Source: OCS155 cluster bacterium AG-426-D23 (GTDB lineage Bacteria; Actinomycetota; Acidimicrobiia; Actinomarinales; Actinomarinaceae). From it: a stretch of DNA of 64,000 bases. Below, in pieces: positions 18,436 through 28,794 of this stretch (positions are counted from its first letter, which is position 1; each line of letters begins with the position of its first letter). Made by a program: the position numbers and the translations under genes. The notes below the pieces were generated by a model, which had not been told where the DNA came from, did not search any database, and saw nothing but the letters and a program-made list of their open reading frames with translations. The stretch covers positions 202,068 through 266,067 of the forward strand of contig QCNO01000001.1 in the NCBI GenBank assembly GCA_003213165.1. The letters are read 5' to 3'.

Positions 18436-20742
18436 ATGTCGATCGATAATGTAAAAGTAAATATTGGTAATGCAGAAATTGGATTTGAAACAGGTAAATT
18501 AGCTCTGCAAGCACCTGGTTCTGTAGTTGTTACATCAGGTGATACTACAGTTTTAGTGACAACAGTTTCTAATAAAAGTGTAAGGGATGGTATTGATTTT
18601 TTCCCATTAACAGTGGATGTAGAAGAAAGAATGTATTCTGCTGGAAAAATTCCTGGAGGATTTTTCAGAAGAGAGGGTAGGCAAACGGAAAAAGCTATAT
18701 TAGCTTGTCGATTAATAGATAGACCTCTGCGACCTTCTTTTAAAGATGGTTTTAGATGTGAAACACAAATAATTGCAACGGTTTTAAGTGTTGATAGCGA
18801 AAATGAATATGATATTTTAGCTCTCAATGCTGCATCATTAGGTCTTCAATTAGCAGGGGTTCCACTTGAGTCAGCTGTAGGTGCTGTGAGAATGTCTTTA
18901 ATTAATGACAACTGGGTAGTTCAAGCTACAAATACTGAATTAGAAGAATCAGTTTTTGATATGGTTGTTGCAGGAAGCCTAAACCCTAAAGGTGAAATAG
19001 ATATTGTAATGGTTGAGGCTGGAGCAACAGATAATGCTTTTAATAAAATTGATGAAGGTAGTGCTGCACCATCTGAAAATATTGTTGCTGATGGAATTGA
19101 TATGTCCAAAGAATTTATTTCGAAATTAATAGAAGCTCAAAAAGAATTAGTTGCTCAAAGAGATGTTCCTGAGATTGACTGGCCTATTGTTGAAGACTAC
19201 TCAGATGAACTAAAGTTACAAATTAGTGATGCATTTGGTTCCGATATTGAAAGAGCAGTGGCTTTAACAGATAGATCTGAAAGAAGTGAAAAGCAAAATG
19301 AGCTTGAAGAGCTAGCTGTTAAGAAATTCTTAGATGAAGAAGATGACAATACTAAAGCAATTAAATTAGCTTTCAAGTCTATTGTTAAAAACACAGTCAG
19401 AGATAGAGTTTTAAGTGGTGGTGCTAGATTAGATGGACGAACACCAACTGATATTAGAAATATATCTGCTGAGATAAATTTACTTCCAACTGTTCACGGT
19501 TCTTCATTATTTTTAAGAGGAGAAACACAGGTTTTGAATGTTACAACCTTAGGTATGTCAAGGCTTGAACAGATGTTAGATACTATTGATACAGTGACAT
19601 CAAAAAGATATATGCATCATTATAATTTCCCTCCATACTCAACAGGAGAAGCTTATCCAATGAGAGGCCCAAAGAGAAGAGAAATTGGTCATGGTGCTTT
19701 GGCTGAAAAGGCATTAGTTCCTGTCATTCCTCCAAAAGTTGACTTTCCATACACTATCAGAGTTGTAAGTGAAGCAATTTCATCAAATGGTTCTACTTCT
19801 CAGGCTTCAGTTTGTGCATCTAGTTTGTCATTAATGGCTGCGGGTGTTCCTATTAGAGAACATGTTGCAGGTATCGCTATGGGGCTTATTTCTAAAGATG
19901 ATACCTATGTTACTCTTACAGATATCTTGGGTGCTGAAGATGCTCTTGGCGATATGGATTTTAAAGTTGCTGGAACAAGAAATGTCATTACTGCATTACA
20001 ACTAGATATGAAAATAGAAGGTCTGCCTGCTGATGTATTAAGAAAAGCATTAAATCAAGCTATGGATGCAAGACATCACATACTCGACATTATGGAAGAT
20101 ACCATTGCTGAACCAGCAGAAAGTCTCTCTGGTAATGCACCAAGACTTGAAACTATCGAACTTCCTAAAGACAAAATTGGTGAAGTCATTGGACCAAAAG
20201 GTAAAAATATCAAGAAAATCGAGGAAGAAACTGGATGTTCTGTCGAAATTGACGATGATGGTATTTTAACTCTCGGATCAACTGAAGAAGAAGCAATAGC
20301 AGCAGGTAAAGAAATGGTTATGTTAATAATCGATCCACCTGAAGCGGAAGTTGGGGCAGAATATGATGGAGAAGTTGTAAGTGTTGCAACTTATGGTGCA
20401 TTTGTAAATATTTTGCCAGGTAGAGATGGGCTTTTACATGTTTCAAAATTTCACTCTACAAAACGTGTAAACAATACAGAATCAGTTGTAACAGTGGGAG
20501 ATAAGATCAAAGTCAAAGTAGATTCAATTGAGAATGGAAAAGTTAGCCTTTCTCCTGTTGAAGATTTAGATGTTCCCGATGATGCTGTCAGCGAGGGTAA
20601 CAATAAATCCAACGATCGAAGACCCCCAAGAAACAGATCTAATAACAGAAACAACAGGGGTGAAAGAAACTCTAAAAATAGTGGTAAGTCTTCAAATCGA
20701 AAGAGAGTATCTTTTGAAGACGATTTTGAAAAGGGTCTCTAA
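18436..20742 (+). CDS. pnp: Polynucleotide phosphorylase
   Basis: Two RNase PH domains (RLIDRPLRP, RREIGHG, DALGDMDFKVAGT), KH (IGPKGK) and S1 domains. Confidence 0.99.
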   Translation: MSIDNVKVNIGNAEIGFETGKLALQAPGSVVVTSGDTTVLVTTVSNKSVRDGIDFFPLTVDVEERMYSAGKIPGGFFRREGRQTEKAILACRLIDRPLRPSFKDGFRCETQIIATVLSVDSENEYDILALNAASLGLQLAGVPLESAVGAVRMSLINDNWVVQATNTELEESVFDMVVAGSLNPKGEIDIVMVEAGATDNAFNKIDEGSAAPSENIVADGIDMSKEFISKLIEAQKELVAQRDVPEIDWPIVEDYSDELKLQISDAFGSDIERAVALTDRSERSEKQNELEELAVKKFLDEEDDNTKAIKLAFKSIVKNTVRDRVLSGGARLDGRTPTDIRNISAEINLLPTVHGSSLFLRGETQVLNVTTLGMSRLEQMLDTIDTVTSKRYMHHYNFPPYSTGEAYPMRGPKRREIGHGALAEKALVPVIPPKVDFPYTIRVVSEAISSNGSTSQASVCASSLSLMAAGVPIREHVAGIAMGLISKDDTYVTLTDILGAEDALGDMDFKVAGTRNVITALQLDMKIEGLPADVLRKALNQAMDARHHILDIMEDTIAEPAESLSGNAPRLETIELPKDKIGEVIGPKGKNIKKIEEETGCSVEIDDDGILTLGSTEEEAIAAGKEMVMLIIDPPEAEVGAEYDGEVVSVATYGAFVNILPGRDGLLHVSKFHSTKRVNNTESVVTVGDKIKVKVDSIENGKVSLSPVEDLDVPDDAVSEGNNKSNDRRPPRNRSNNRNNRGERNSKNSGKSSNRKRVSFEDDFEKGL

Positions 20743-20743
20743 G

Positions 20744-21253
20744 TCACTTTCTGTTTAATTTTGTTGGGCTAGTAGGTTCTGTTGTCACATAAGCTTCTGG
20801 GCAAATACTTTCAACAATACTGATTACTTTTCTTAATTTTTTTCTTGGTGTTACACACCATGAGATTACAACTTCTCCATCCATGCCTTTTCCATTTATA
20901 ACTGTGACTCCAAATCCGGCTACTCTAAGTTCATCAGACAATTTTCTACTTTTTTCATTTTTGGATGTAAATATTCTTACCACAACATCACCTATTGCAA
21001 TAGATGATTCTATGTAAGATCCAACAATTGTTCCAGCTGCAAATCCAAGTGCATAACCAAATATTAAGAGTGGATCATTCAAATCTTGAATAACTCTTGA
21101 TATTGCAACAACCCAAATAGCAGATTCAGCAAATCCCAAAACTGCACCTAAACCCGGCCTACCTTTATTAACATATAGTAATCTCAGTGTTCCAAGAGTT
21201 TGATCGAGTAACCTAAGCAAAAAAATAGACAAAGCCGCAATAATTATGTTCAT
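20744..21253 (-). CDS. DUF2179/DUF5698 (YebE-like) membrane protein
   Basis: N-terminal TM helices, YALGFAAGTIVG, LRVAGFGVTVINGKG C-terminal domain. Confidence 0.75.
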   Translation of the reverse strand: MNIIIAALSIFLLRLLDQTLGTLRLLYVNKGRPGLGAVLGFAESAIWVVAISRVIQDLNDPLLIFGYALGFAAGTIVGSYIESSIAIGDVVVRIFTSKNEKSRKLSDELRVAGFGVTVINGKGMDGEVVISWCVTPRKKLRKVISIVESICPEAYVTTEPTSPTKLNRK

Positions 21254-21274
21254 GCTTTTATTGTAAGTTTTAAT

Positions 21275-22006
21275 TTATTTTATTGAATCAGTTAATTCTT
21301 TATAAATCTTTGCCATTTTTTCTTGCGTTTCAAATACGAGTTCATCAATAGTATCTTTGGTATATTTTGTAATATCAATTGGATCTAGAGTATTAATTAT
21401 AGCTTTGCCACTCTTCATAAATTTACTTCCTTTCGGCCAAATATCTCCAGTTCCTGCAATTACAACGGGAAGAATTGGAACATTATTTTCAAGTGCGATA
21501 TGAAAAGCACCACTTTTAAATGGAAGAAAGTTTTCTTTTTGTGCTCGAGTACCTTGTGGATAAACCATCAAAGACCAACCATTTTTGAATAAATTTCTAG
21601 CCTGAGTATTTATATTCTCATTGTCATTTTTTATTGATCTATCTACTTTTATAAAATTAAATGCTCTGGCGGCAGTTTTGAAAACAGGAAGTTTATAAAC
21701 TTCTTTTTTAGCCATAAAAACCCATTTAATTTTTAGGAATCTAAATAACAACATTGAGTCAAGGTTTGATAGATGATTAGAAATGACTACATAAGGTTCA
21801 TTTTTTTTATATTCAAAATTTTTTATAAATGTAGTTTTTGCTCTTGCAGCCCACATCCATGGAGAGACCCAAGTTTGTGCAATGTAATATTTAATTTTTG
21901 TATATTTGTTAAAAAGACTAACAAACCAAATTGAATAAGTAACTGGGATAGTATAAATTGCCATAATTGTTAGATTTAACCACGTAAGAACTTTATTCTT
22001 TAACAT
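21275..22006 (-). CDS. plsC: 1-acyl-sn-glycerol-3-phosphate acyltransferase
   Basis: NHLSNLD (NHxxxxD), MAKKEV, YPQGTR, FKSGAF. Confidence 0.9.
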   Translation of the reverse strand: MLKNKVLTWLNLTIMAIYTIPVTYSIWFVSLFNKYTKIKYYIAQTWVSPWMWAARAKTTFIKNFEYKKNEPYVVISNHLSNLDSMLLFRFLKIKWVFMAKKEVYKLPVFKTAARAFNFIKVDRSIKNDNENINTQARNLFKNGWSLMVYPQGTRAQKENFLPFKSGAFHIALENNVPILPVVIAGTGDIWPKGSKFMKSGKAIINTLDPIDITKYTKDTIDELVFETQEKMAKIYKELTDSIK

Positions 22007-22044
22007 ATGAATATTGTAACCTACAACTAAAAACAGGAATAATT

Positions 22045-22557
22045 ATGATTTCAAAAAATAAATTAAGAGGGAAACTTAAATCAACACCATACAGTCATGA
22101 AAATTATTCTGGAATAGTGTTAAAAGAAATAAATAATCTTATAACAAACAAGACAGTTTGTACATACATCCCATTACCATCAGAAATTAGGTTTAATGAA
22201 TATCTTTTAAATTCAAAATTATTGACTACCTCATGTTTGATAGGTAATAAATTTAGTATTTGTGAGTTGTCCGAACCTTACGAAAAAAATAAATATGGAA
22301 TATATCAACCTGTAAAAATTAGTTTAGTACAAGATGTTGACATTTTTTTTATACCTGGATTAGGTTTTGATATGAATGGTACTAGGCTTGGCAGAGGTAG
22401 GGGTATATATGATTCTATTTTATCTAATTATTCAGATTCTGTTTTTATAGGTGTTACAGATGAAAATCACATATGTAAATCAATTCCTTTTGAGGACCAT
22501 GATGTACCAATGAATGCTTTAGTCACACCTAAAAGGTTTATACCAATTAATTTATAG
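22045..22557 (+). CDS. 5-formyltetrahydrofolate cyclo-ligase (short)
   Basis: IPGLGFDMNGTRLGRGRGIYD, HDVPMNALVTP. Confidence 0.9.
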   Translation: MISKNKLRGKLKSTPYSHENYSGIVLKEINNLITNKTVCTYIPLPSEIRFNEYLLNSKLLTTSCLIGNKFSICELSEPYEKNKYGIYQPVKISLVQDVDIFFIPGLGFDMNGTRLGRGRGIYDSILSNYSDSVFIGVTDENHICKSIPFEDHDVPMNALVTPKRFIPINL

Positions 22558-22569
22558 TATCCTTAATTT

Positions 22570-23610
22570 ATGGATGTAAGTGTAAACGTAGGTTATTTTG
22601 GTCCGCATATCACTGGTGAAAAACAATTAATAAAAGATCTCGATGATTTAGGTATTTCATGTATATGGACAGCTGAGGCTTATGGTTACGATGCTGTAAC
22701 CCCTCTGTCTTATTTTGCTGCTTTGACAAATCGAATTGAGTTAGGCTCCGGAATTATGCAGATACCTGGAAGATCTCCCGCGATGGCTGCTATGACGGCA
22801 GTTACAATTGATAAACTCTCAAATGGAAGATTTAGATTGGGATTAGGCGTGTCTGGTCCTCAAGTTGTTGAAGGCTGGCATGGAGTATCTTATGGGAAAC
22901 CACTAAAAAAAACCAGAGAATATGTTCAGATTGTAAAAGATATTTTAAATCGTGAAACAAAAACTACATTCCAAGGAGAATTCTACAATCTTCCATATGA
23001 TGGACCTGATTCAACTGGCTTAGGAAAACCATTAAAATTAATTGAAGAGCCACTAAGAAAAAATATACCCATCTACTTAGCTGCAATAGGACCAAAAAAT
23101 ATTGAACTCACTGCTGAGATTGCTGATGGTTGGTTACCATTTATGTATTCACCGACACTTGGTGATAAGTTTTTTAATAAATTTTTAGAGAATGGTTTTG
23201 AGAAATCTGGTGACCTAGATAAGAAAAGTAAATTTAATATTTCTGCTCCTGTATTTGCCAAACTTTGTGATGAATCTGAAAGAGAGATTTATTTGAGTAC
23301 TGCAAGAAATAATTACACTCTTTACGTAGGTGGCATGGGAGCAAAAGATAAAAATTTTTATTTCAATTTAATGTGTGAATATGGATATGAAGATATCGCA
23401 ACTCAAATTCAAGAGTTGTATTTAAAAGGAAGTAAGTTAGAAGCTGAAGCATTATTTCCATCACAATTATTAGATGATCTAACTTTGGTTGGCTCTAAAG
23501 AGCGTATAAAAGAAAAAATTGAAGATTGGAAAAACTGTAATGTAACTGAAATATCAATTTCAATACCTCTGGATATTGATACAATTCGCTTTGTGAAAGA
23601 GTGTATGTGA
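22570..23610 (+). CDS. LLM-class F420-dependent oxidoreductase (Rv3520c-like)
   Basis: WTAEAYGYDA, IMQIPGRSPAMAAMTA, LGLGVSGPQVVEGWHG, AEIADGW. Confidence 0.88.
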   Translation: MDVSVNVGYFGPHITGEKQLIKDLDDLGISCIWTAEAYGYDAVTPLSYFAALTNRIELGSGIMQIPGRSPAMAAMTAVTIDKLSNGRFRLGLGVSGPQVVEGWHGVSYGKPLKKTREYVQIVKDILNRETKTTFQGEFYNLPYDGPDSTGLGKPLKLIEEPLRKNIPIYLAAIGPKNIELTAEIADGWLPFMYSPTLGDKFFNKFLENGFEKSGDLDKKSKFNISAPVFAKLCDESEREIYLSTARNNYTLYVGGMGAKDKNFYFNLMCEYGYEDIATQIQELYLKGSKLEAEALFPSQLLDDLTLVGSKERIKEKIEDWKNCNVTEISISIPLDIDTIRFVKECM

Positions 23611-24117
23611 ATGAGTGAGTTACAGCCTGAAGATATTAATGTCTCTACATGGAAGATACCAAGCCCGTTAGGAATTATTGGTAGCCATTCTGATGGTGAA
23701 TTTAATGGCATGACTGCAAGTTGGATCACTCAAGTGAGCATGGAACCAGCGTTAATTGGTGTTGGAATCGATAATAAGAGTGTCACATTTAAGCTAATGA
23801 ACTCAAGCGATTATTTTACATTAAATATGTTTTCACCGGAATATACAAAAGTATTTGTAAAATTTTCAAAACCAGCTGAATATTCTGAAGGTTTTTTAAA
23901 TAAAGAACCAATTCATTTAACAAAAAACACCGTACCTATATTTCAAAATGCATCAGTTTGGTTTGAATTAAAAACAACAAATAAAATTGATTTAGGAACC
24001 CATACCTTTTTTATTGGAGAAATAATTGATTGTAAAACTAAAAATCCTGATGAAAGAGTAGCGTATATGGGGGATACTCGAATGAAATATGGCGGCGTTC
24101 CAAGAGGTGGGCATTAG
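23611..24117 (+). CDS. Flavin reductase family protein
   Basis: GMTASWITQVSMEP, GTHTFFIGEI. Confidence 0.88.
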   Translation: MSELQPEDINVSTWKIPSPLGIIGSHSDGEFNGMTASWITQVSMEPALIGVGIDNKSVTFKLMNSSDYFTLNMFSPEYTKVFVKFSKPAEYSEGFLNKEPIHLTKNTVPIFQNASVWFELKTTNKIDLGTHTFFIGEIIDCKTKNPDERVAYMGDTRMKYGGVPRGGH

Positions 24118-24177
24118 TTCACAATATTTTAATATTTTAGCTTTTGTAAACTTTGATAAATTTTTTATAATTTAATT

Positions 24178-24717
24178 ATGAAAATTAGAATAGGTGACAC
24201 AATTGATGAATTGTCACTTCCAGCTATAGATGGTTCCGTGTTTGACCTTGAATCAGTTAAAGGTAGTAAAATGCTTATAACTTTTTACAGATATTCATCA
24301 TGTCCATTTTGCCATCTCAGAATTAATGAAACTATTAACAATAAATCCAAGTTTGGTGAAAATTTTCAAAAAATTGCAATATTTAACTGTAAACTTGAGA
24401 GCCTTCAAAAAGCATCAAATAAACATGACGATTCTGTATTCATACTTGCAGATGAAAATCGATATTATTTTGATATGTATAACGTTGAAAAAAGTGGTTT
24501 TGGTGTATTTTTAGGTTCGATTGTTGGTTTTTTTAGATTTATGAAAGCAATTTTCATAAAAGGATACAACCCTTTTACGAGCATGAGTGGAGCATTTACA
24601 GGACTTCCTGTTGATATTCTTATTAATGAAAATGGGATAGTTGAAACCGTAAAATATGGAAAAACAACAATTGATCATATTCCAATGTCAGATGTTATTG
24701 AATTTTCAAATAGTTAG
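24178..24717 (+). CDS. Peroxiredoxin-like AhpC/TSA redoxin (CxxC)
   Basis: TFYRYSSCPFCHLR, LPVDILINENG. Confidence 0.8.
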   Translation: MKIRIGDTIDELSLPAIDGSVFDLESVKGSKMLITFYRYSSCPFCHLRINETINNKSKFGENFQKIAIFNCKLESLQKASNKHDDSVFILADENRYYFDMYNVEKSGFGVFLGSIVGFFRFMKAIFIKGYNPFTSMSGAFTGLPVDILINENGIVETVKYGKTTIDHIPMSDVIEFSNS

Positions 24718-24728
24718 TTAAGAGACTA

Positions 24729-25421
24729 TTGAAAAAATTTGTATTTAAATTTAGTACGTATGTTTCAATATTTTTAATACTTCCTGTTCTTAAATTATTT
24801 GGAAAAAAATTTTATGAGTCTAAAGTACTTCCAAAACTTTTAACAGTTCTTTGCAATACAAAACCAAATCACTATCAAAGAAAAAAAGTAGTTCCACTAG
24901 CGATTGGTGATGTTGTTGAAATAGGTGTAGGCCCAGGCTTGAATTTGCAATATTACAATTTAGATAATGTAAATAAAATAATTGGAATAGATCCATCTGA
25001 TGAACTTAACAAAATCGCTAAAAAAAATGCCAATAAAGTTAATTTAGATATCGAATTTAATTTATCTTCAGCAGAGAGTATTGATTTGCCAACATCATCT
25101 GTCGATTCTGTTGTGTGCACATTTTCACTATGCTCTATTCCAAATCCTCAAAAGGCCCTTAAGGAGATTTATAGAATTTTAAAACCAGGAGGTAAGTACT
25201 ATTACTGCGAACATGGAATCTCGCCAGATTTATCAACTAGAGTTTTTCAAAATGTAACGAACATATTTTATCCAAAGTTGTCAGGTGGATGTCATGCAAA
25301 TCGAGATATACCAAAACTGATAAGTGAATCAGGTTTAAAAATTCTTGAGAAAGATACTATGTACTTACCTGGTTCTGTAAAGTTTCTTGGCTTCAATTAT
25401 TGGGGTGTAGCTATTCGTTAA
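24729..25421 (+). CDS. Class I SAM-dependent methyltransferase
   Basis: VVEIGVGPG, IDPS, DSVVCTFSLCSIP, ILKPGG, GGCHANRDI. Confidence 0.88.
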   Translation: MKKFVFKFSTYVSIFLILPVLKLFGKKFYESKVLPKLLTVLCNTKPNHYQRKKVVPLAIGDVVEIGVGPGLNLQYYNLDNVNKIIGIDPSDELNKIAKKNANKVNLDIEFNLSSAESIDLPTSSVDSVVCTFSLCSIPNPQKALKEIYRILKPGGKYYYCEHGISPDLSTRVFQNVTNIFYPKLSGGCHANRDIPKLISESGLKILEKDTMYLPGSVKFLGFNYWGVAIR

Positions 25422-26317
25422 AGTTCTTTTATCGATAAAATCGCTTCAACACAAGCTTCAGGTTGATCCTCTTGTAAAAAATGACCTGCATTTTCAATTG
25501 TAACGTGCGGCATACCTTTGCATCCGGGGACTAACTTTAAAAAAGAATTCTCAACACCTTCAAAAATTGGATCTTTGTCACTAAATGCACACAAAAAAGG
25601 TTTTTCCCATTGTCTTAAAATATTCCAGGCTTCTTTGTTAGGTTCAGCGCTCGGAGTTCTTAGTGTTGCTGGAACTAAATTTGGAAATTGTCTTACGCCT
25701 TGCTTATGGCTCTCATCTGGAAATGGAGCATTGTATGCTGCTAGAGCATCATTATTTATCCCTTTTGTAGTTCCATTTCTTACTTGACCTCCTACGTGTA
25801 AATCAGGTTTGATTTGTAAAAATTCTCTAAAAATTCCAAAAGCATCGCTTAACTGAACTTTTCCAGTTGGAAGTCCAGTATTTGCAGTGATTATTTTATC
25901 AAATCTATCAAAGTATTTTGTAGCTAATCTTAAACCAATTAACCCACCCCAATCTTGACAGAAAAGTGTAATATTTTTTAAATCAAGTCCTTCAACAAAT
26001 TGTGACATCCAATCAACAAAACCTTCATATGTGTAGTTATACCTTATTGCAAATTTATCTGATTTTCCAAAACCTGGTAAATCAGGAACAATAACTCTAT
26101 AACCATTTTCTTTTAAAGGGTTTATCATATTTCTGTAAAGATATCCCCAAGTTGGATTCCCATGCATTAATAATGCAATCTCATCACTATCTTGATTTTC
26201 ATCTACATAGTGAATATTTATCTCACCAAATTCTGAAGCAACTGTCAAAAAATTTTCTTTAAATTCCCAACCAACGATATTGTTAAATAAACTTAAATCA
26301 GTTTTTAATATTGTCAT
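25418..26317 (-). CDS. Haloalkane dehalogenase
   Basis: HGNPTWGYLYR, PDLPGFGKSDK, nucleophile QDWGG, GHFLQED. Confidence 0.9.
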   Translation of the reverse strand: MTILKTDLSLFNNIVGWEFKENFLTVASEFGEINIHYVDENQDSDEIALLMHGNPTWGYLYRNMINPLKENGYRVIVPDLPGFGKSDKFAIRYNYTYEGFVDWMSQFVEGLDLKNITLFCQDWGGLIGLRLATKYFDRFDKIITANTGLPTGKVQLSDAFGIFREFLQIKPDLHVGGQVRNGTTKGINNDALAAYNAPFPDESHKQGVRQFPNLVPATLRTPSAEPNKEAWNILRQWEKPFLCAFSDKDPIFEGVENSFLKLVPGCKGMPHVTIENAGHFLQEDQPEACVEAILSIKEL

Positions 26318-26406
26318 TGTTCATATATTAGTTTTAAACATTCTATTTTTCACCTCAATCCTTTTTTAACTACCAACTGTCTTTGGTTTTAATTAATATA
26401 TATGTA

Positions 26407-27033
26407 ATGAACAAGTCATTAAAAAAACTAGCTCCATATTTAGTTGGAGTTACTCTAGGAATATTAAGTTTTATACCTTTTACCAGACAAACAACAATCG
26501 CTTCTTTTCTGACTGGTTTTGGAAGCAATACTGTCAATCAATGGAATTACTTTTTAGATTATGGTTCTGAATCTCAAAATATGTGGCAAAGAGCATATGT
26601 ATCGCTTCTTGGCTTACTTCCCAGCGCAAGTCCAGAAGTTATTTATCTATCAGCTTCGGTTGACGACAATGGCGATGGACTTGTTGGTAATTGTGAATAT
26701 ACATTAAATGGTGTTGTTCCAAAAGCACGATATTGGAGTTATGCAATATATGGAAATGACAATTATTACCTACAAGATCCGAATAATTTAAAAGATGATC
26801 CAACTTACGAAGATTTATTTGCTCAGGTTGCAAATGGTTACGAACTTACAACAGATATTGGTGAAAAATATGAAATTAAAATAGGAAATAATTTCATAAA
26901 TCAAGAAGGTTCCTTGAGTCATTTTGGAAATGATTTTAATTTAATTCTAAGAATTTACGGACCAGACTTAATATATTATGACGATCCAAGCTTGATACCA
27001 GTTGCAAAAATATTAAAAGGAAGTTGTAAATGA
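26407..27033 (+). CDS. DUF1214-like protein with N-terminal membrane anchor
   Basis: GLL...PEVIY, YTLNG..PKARYWSYAIY, LILRIYGP. ATG 26407 preferred (TAATAT 7 nt upstream). Confidence 0.72.
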   Translation: MNKSLKKLAPYLVGVTLGILSFIPFTRQTTIASFLTGFGSNTVNQWNYFLDYGSESQNMWQRAYVSLLGLLPSASPEVIYLSASVDDNGDGLVGNCEYTLNGVVPKARYWSYAIYGNDNYYLQDPNNLKDDPTYEDLFAQVANGYELTTDIGEKYEIKIGNNFINQEGSLSHFGNDFNLILRIYGPDLIYYDDPSLIPVAKILKGSCK

Positions 27034-27569
27034 AAAATTCTTACTCAAAAATTTTATTAATTGCATTATTAACTCATCTACTTTTAATTTTCTTCGGACC
27101 CTACATTGTAATGAATCAGTTAGATAGAAATATTGCAGATGCTATCGCTAATCCTTATGAGGGGTGTGAAGATACTTACGATGGTATCGTAGGTAATTTA
27201 GATCAAGTATGTATATCAAGAAGATCTGCTGCTCGTATGCCCAATTATGATTTTATTTACACTATGTGCAGGTATGACTTGTCTAGTGGTAATTTGTACG
27301 TATCAATGCCAGTTCCCGAAGACGATAGATATTGGGTTGTTCACGTCCATAACAATAATACAAACGTAGTATTTAAAATCAATAATTTAGAAATTGATAC
27401 AGACAGATATGAATTATTAATTACTAATGATGAAAATAATAAAAGCTCCATTAAAACAATTAATACAACAAACAAAGGAACTGTTTTTTGGAGGTTGTTA
27501 GTAAATAGTGCTGATGAAATAAGCATGCTGGATAATCAAAGAAGGAGTACAGTTTGTGAGTACAGATAA
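27030..27569 (+). CDS. DUF1254-like protein with N-terminal membrane anchor
   Basis: PNYDFIYTMCRYDLSSG, VPEDDRYW; coupled to the upstream gene (ATGA overlap). Confidence 0.72.
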   Translation: MKNSYSKILLIALLTHLLLIFFGPYIVMNQLDRNIADAIANPYEGCEDTYDGIVGNLDQVCISRRSAARMPNYDFIYTMCRYDLSSGNLYVSMPVPEDDRYWVVHVHNNNTNVVFKINNLEIDTDRYELLITNDENNKSSIKTINTTNKGTVFWRLLVNSADEISMLDNQRRSTVCEYR

Positions 27570-28794
27570 TATTTATGATCCTATTCAAATCTCAAACGAA
27601 TTTTTGTCAGGACAGGAAATCTCCAATCAAGTAAGCATTGAACAAGGATTCAATGTAGAGATTTTTGAAGTTTCCAAAAATTTGTCATTCATCAAAAATT
27701 TTGGCAACGTTGCGGTCTTTAAGTATGGCACCAAAGCTCTTTTAATAGATACGGGAATGGCTATCTCATCAAATCAAGTAGTTAAAATACTTAAGCAGTG
27801 GGGAATAGAGGAAATTGAATACATAATATACACACACGGACATGTGGATCATGTTAGTGGAACTGATATTATCCTAAACGCTTTTAAAACCGATCTTCTT
27901 AAAATAGTTAGTCATGAAAAAGTAGTTGAACGATTTGATAGATATAAAAAAACCATTGGATACAATGGAATAATCAATCAAAGACAATTTGGTCTGCCAA
28001 CGCCAGTTTTTCCAGAAGACTTTAGATATCCCGATATTACTTACCAAGACACATTTGAGATTAACTTTAATGACAGTGTGATAAATCTCATACATGGAAA
28101 AGGTGAAACAGATGATGCTACATATGTATATTCAAGTAAAGAAGATGCAATCTTTACGGGTGATTTTTTTATATGGTCATTACCTAATGCTGGTAATCCA
28201 TCAAAGGCACAAAGATATGTTGGATCATGGGGAGAGGTTTTAAGTGACATCTCAAAATATAATGCAGAATATTTGTTTCCCGGTCATGGACCATTGATTA
28301 AAGGGAAAAAAATTATTAAAGAGATACTTTTGAATACAAGTGATTGTTTATTATGGATTGAAGAAAATGTCTTGAAACTTATGAATCAAGGAAATTCATT
28401 ACGAGATATCCAAAACAAAATTAGACTGCCCGATAAATACAATCTACCTTATCTTCTATCTTCTTATGACGATTTCACTTTTTTGGTAAATTCTGTTTGG
28501 AGACAATACGGAGGATGGTACTCAGGTATTCCTTCTGAACTAAAACCCCCAAGTTTATTTGAGATGGGTTGTGCTTACATAAATATGGCTGGAAGTAATG
28601 AGAATCTAGTATTGTTTTTGAAGTCATTATTATCTGACAAAAAATACAAAGAAGCTAGTGTAATAATCGATTCTGTTTCCGCTGTTGAGCCAGATATTTA
28701 TCAAGATTTAAAAAATTTAATTTATTCGTCTTTATCAGATGAAGAGTCTTCGCTTATGGCAAAGGGTATATATAATTTTAATGTCGATATGTAA
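27556..28794 (+). CDS. MBL-fold hydrolase, alkyl-sulfatase (SdsA/BDS1)-like
   Basis: YTHGHVDH (HxHxDH), GETDD, FTGDF, PNAGNPSK..RY, PGHG, WRQYGGWY. Confidence 0.8.
   Translation: MSTDNIYDPIQISNEFLSGQEISNQVSIEQGFNVEIFEVSKNLSFIKNFGNVAVFKYGTKALLIDTGMAISSNQVVKILKQWGIEEIEYIIYTHGHVDHVSGTDIILNAFKTDLLKIVSHEKVVERFDRYKKTIGYNGIINQRQFGLPTPVFPEDFRYPDITYQDTFEINFNDSVINLIHGKGETDDATYVYSSKEDAIFTGDFFIWSLPNAGNPSKAQRYVGSWGEVLSDISKYNAEYLFPGHGPLIKGKKIIKEILLNTSDCLLWIEENVLKLMNQGNSLRDIQNKIRLPDKYNLPYLLSSYDDFTFLVNSVWRQYGGWYSGIPSELKPPSLFEMGCAYINMAGSNENLVLFLKSLLSDKKYKEASVIIDSVSAVEPDIYQDLKNLIYSSLSDEESSLMAKGIYNFNVDM

Noticed and set aside
22007-22044. 6S RNA upstream of the 5-formyl-THF cyclo-ligase
   Set aside because: The gap is only 38 bp and is occupied by divergent promoter elements.
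23605-23650. TGA readthrough fusing the LLM oxidoreductase and flavin reductase
   Set aside because: No convincing downstream SECIS, the TGA is at a natural C-terminus, and stop-ATG abutment also occurs with TAA (nusA/infB), so this is tight packing.
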